Origin: a virus
Taxonomy: Duplodnaviria > Caudoviricetes
Reading direction: 5' to 3' (one strand)
Length of the DNA: 27,439 bases
Virus record (IMG/VR): IMGVR_UViG_3300005837_000527
Coordinates: 1 to 27,439 of that record
The translations under genes and the position numbers were made by a program. This document shows, piece by piece, positions 27,221 to 27,439 of this stretch. Under the pieces are notes generated by a model. It was not told the DNA's origin, did not search any database, and worked only from the letters and a program-made list of their open reading frames with translations. The first letter of the stretch is position 1. Each line of letters opens with the position of its first letter.

Positions 27221-27251
27221 AAAAACTTGGGGAGGCGAACCTCCCCAGTTT
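27221..27251 (-). terminator. Rho-independent terminator after the major capsid gene
   Basis: Minus strand AAACT-GGGGAGG-TTCG-CCTCCCC-AAGTTTTT. Confidence 0.88.
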
Positions 27252-27260
27252 ATGCAGCAA

Positions 27261-27439
27261 TTAAGCTACTGCGTTGAGTCGAACTACCGATACGTCGGTT
27301 GAAGTGTCAGCAACGAGCTGGTTAAAGCCCAGAGACTGAGTAGCAACGATAACGTTACGCTGGTTCATTACTTCGTAATCTTGCTCAACATTTACACCAC
27401 GCAGACGTGGGATAGCAAAGTTACGAACGTTGACTGCCA
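27261..27439 (-). CDS. C-terminal end of the major capsid protein (HK97 fold, T5 pb8-like; truncated by the window edge)
   Basis: Hand translation AVNVRNFAIPRLRGVNVEQDYEVMNQRNVIVATQSLGFNQLVADTSTDVSVVRLNAVA*. Frequent CGT/AAC/GTT codons suggest high expression. Followed by a terminator and the head completion gene. Confidence 0.85.
   Translation of the reverse strand, partial: AVNVRNFAIPRLRGVNVEQDYEVMNQRNVIVATQSLGFNQLVADTSTDVSVVRLNAVA

Noticed and set aside
1-27439. Stop-codon reassignment, CRISPR array, tRNA, intron or intein
   Set aside because: Genes are full length in the standard code and use TAA, TAG and TGA as stops. Intergenic gaps are too short for arrays, and no tRNA, intron or intein signature was recognised by eye.

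Overview
The window is the virion morphogenesis region of a tailed dsDNA bacteriophage (siphovirus). All real genes lie on the minus strand and are densely packed, often with TAATG/ATGA/GTGA overlaps. In transcription order (right to left): 3' end of a T5-type major capsid gene, head completion, tail completion, tail terminator, T5 pb6-type tail tube, a tail assembly chaperone pair joined by a clear -1 frameshift site, and tape measure. Next is a lambda-type tail tip (M, L, K, I and a ~2450-aa J-like central fibre). Last, behind a perfect TTGACA-17-TATAAT promoter, is a cassette of at least 9 collar/fibre/adhesin-like genes (1-9133) built from a small set of shared, shuffled modules, with GC shifts near module junctions. 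The main points of interest are the T5/lambda hybrid tail, the modular multi-fibre cassette, the repeat-extended J protein and small domain insertions in the tail tube and gpL. All family assignments come from remembered motifs and gene order, not database searches. GC values are hand counts.
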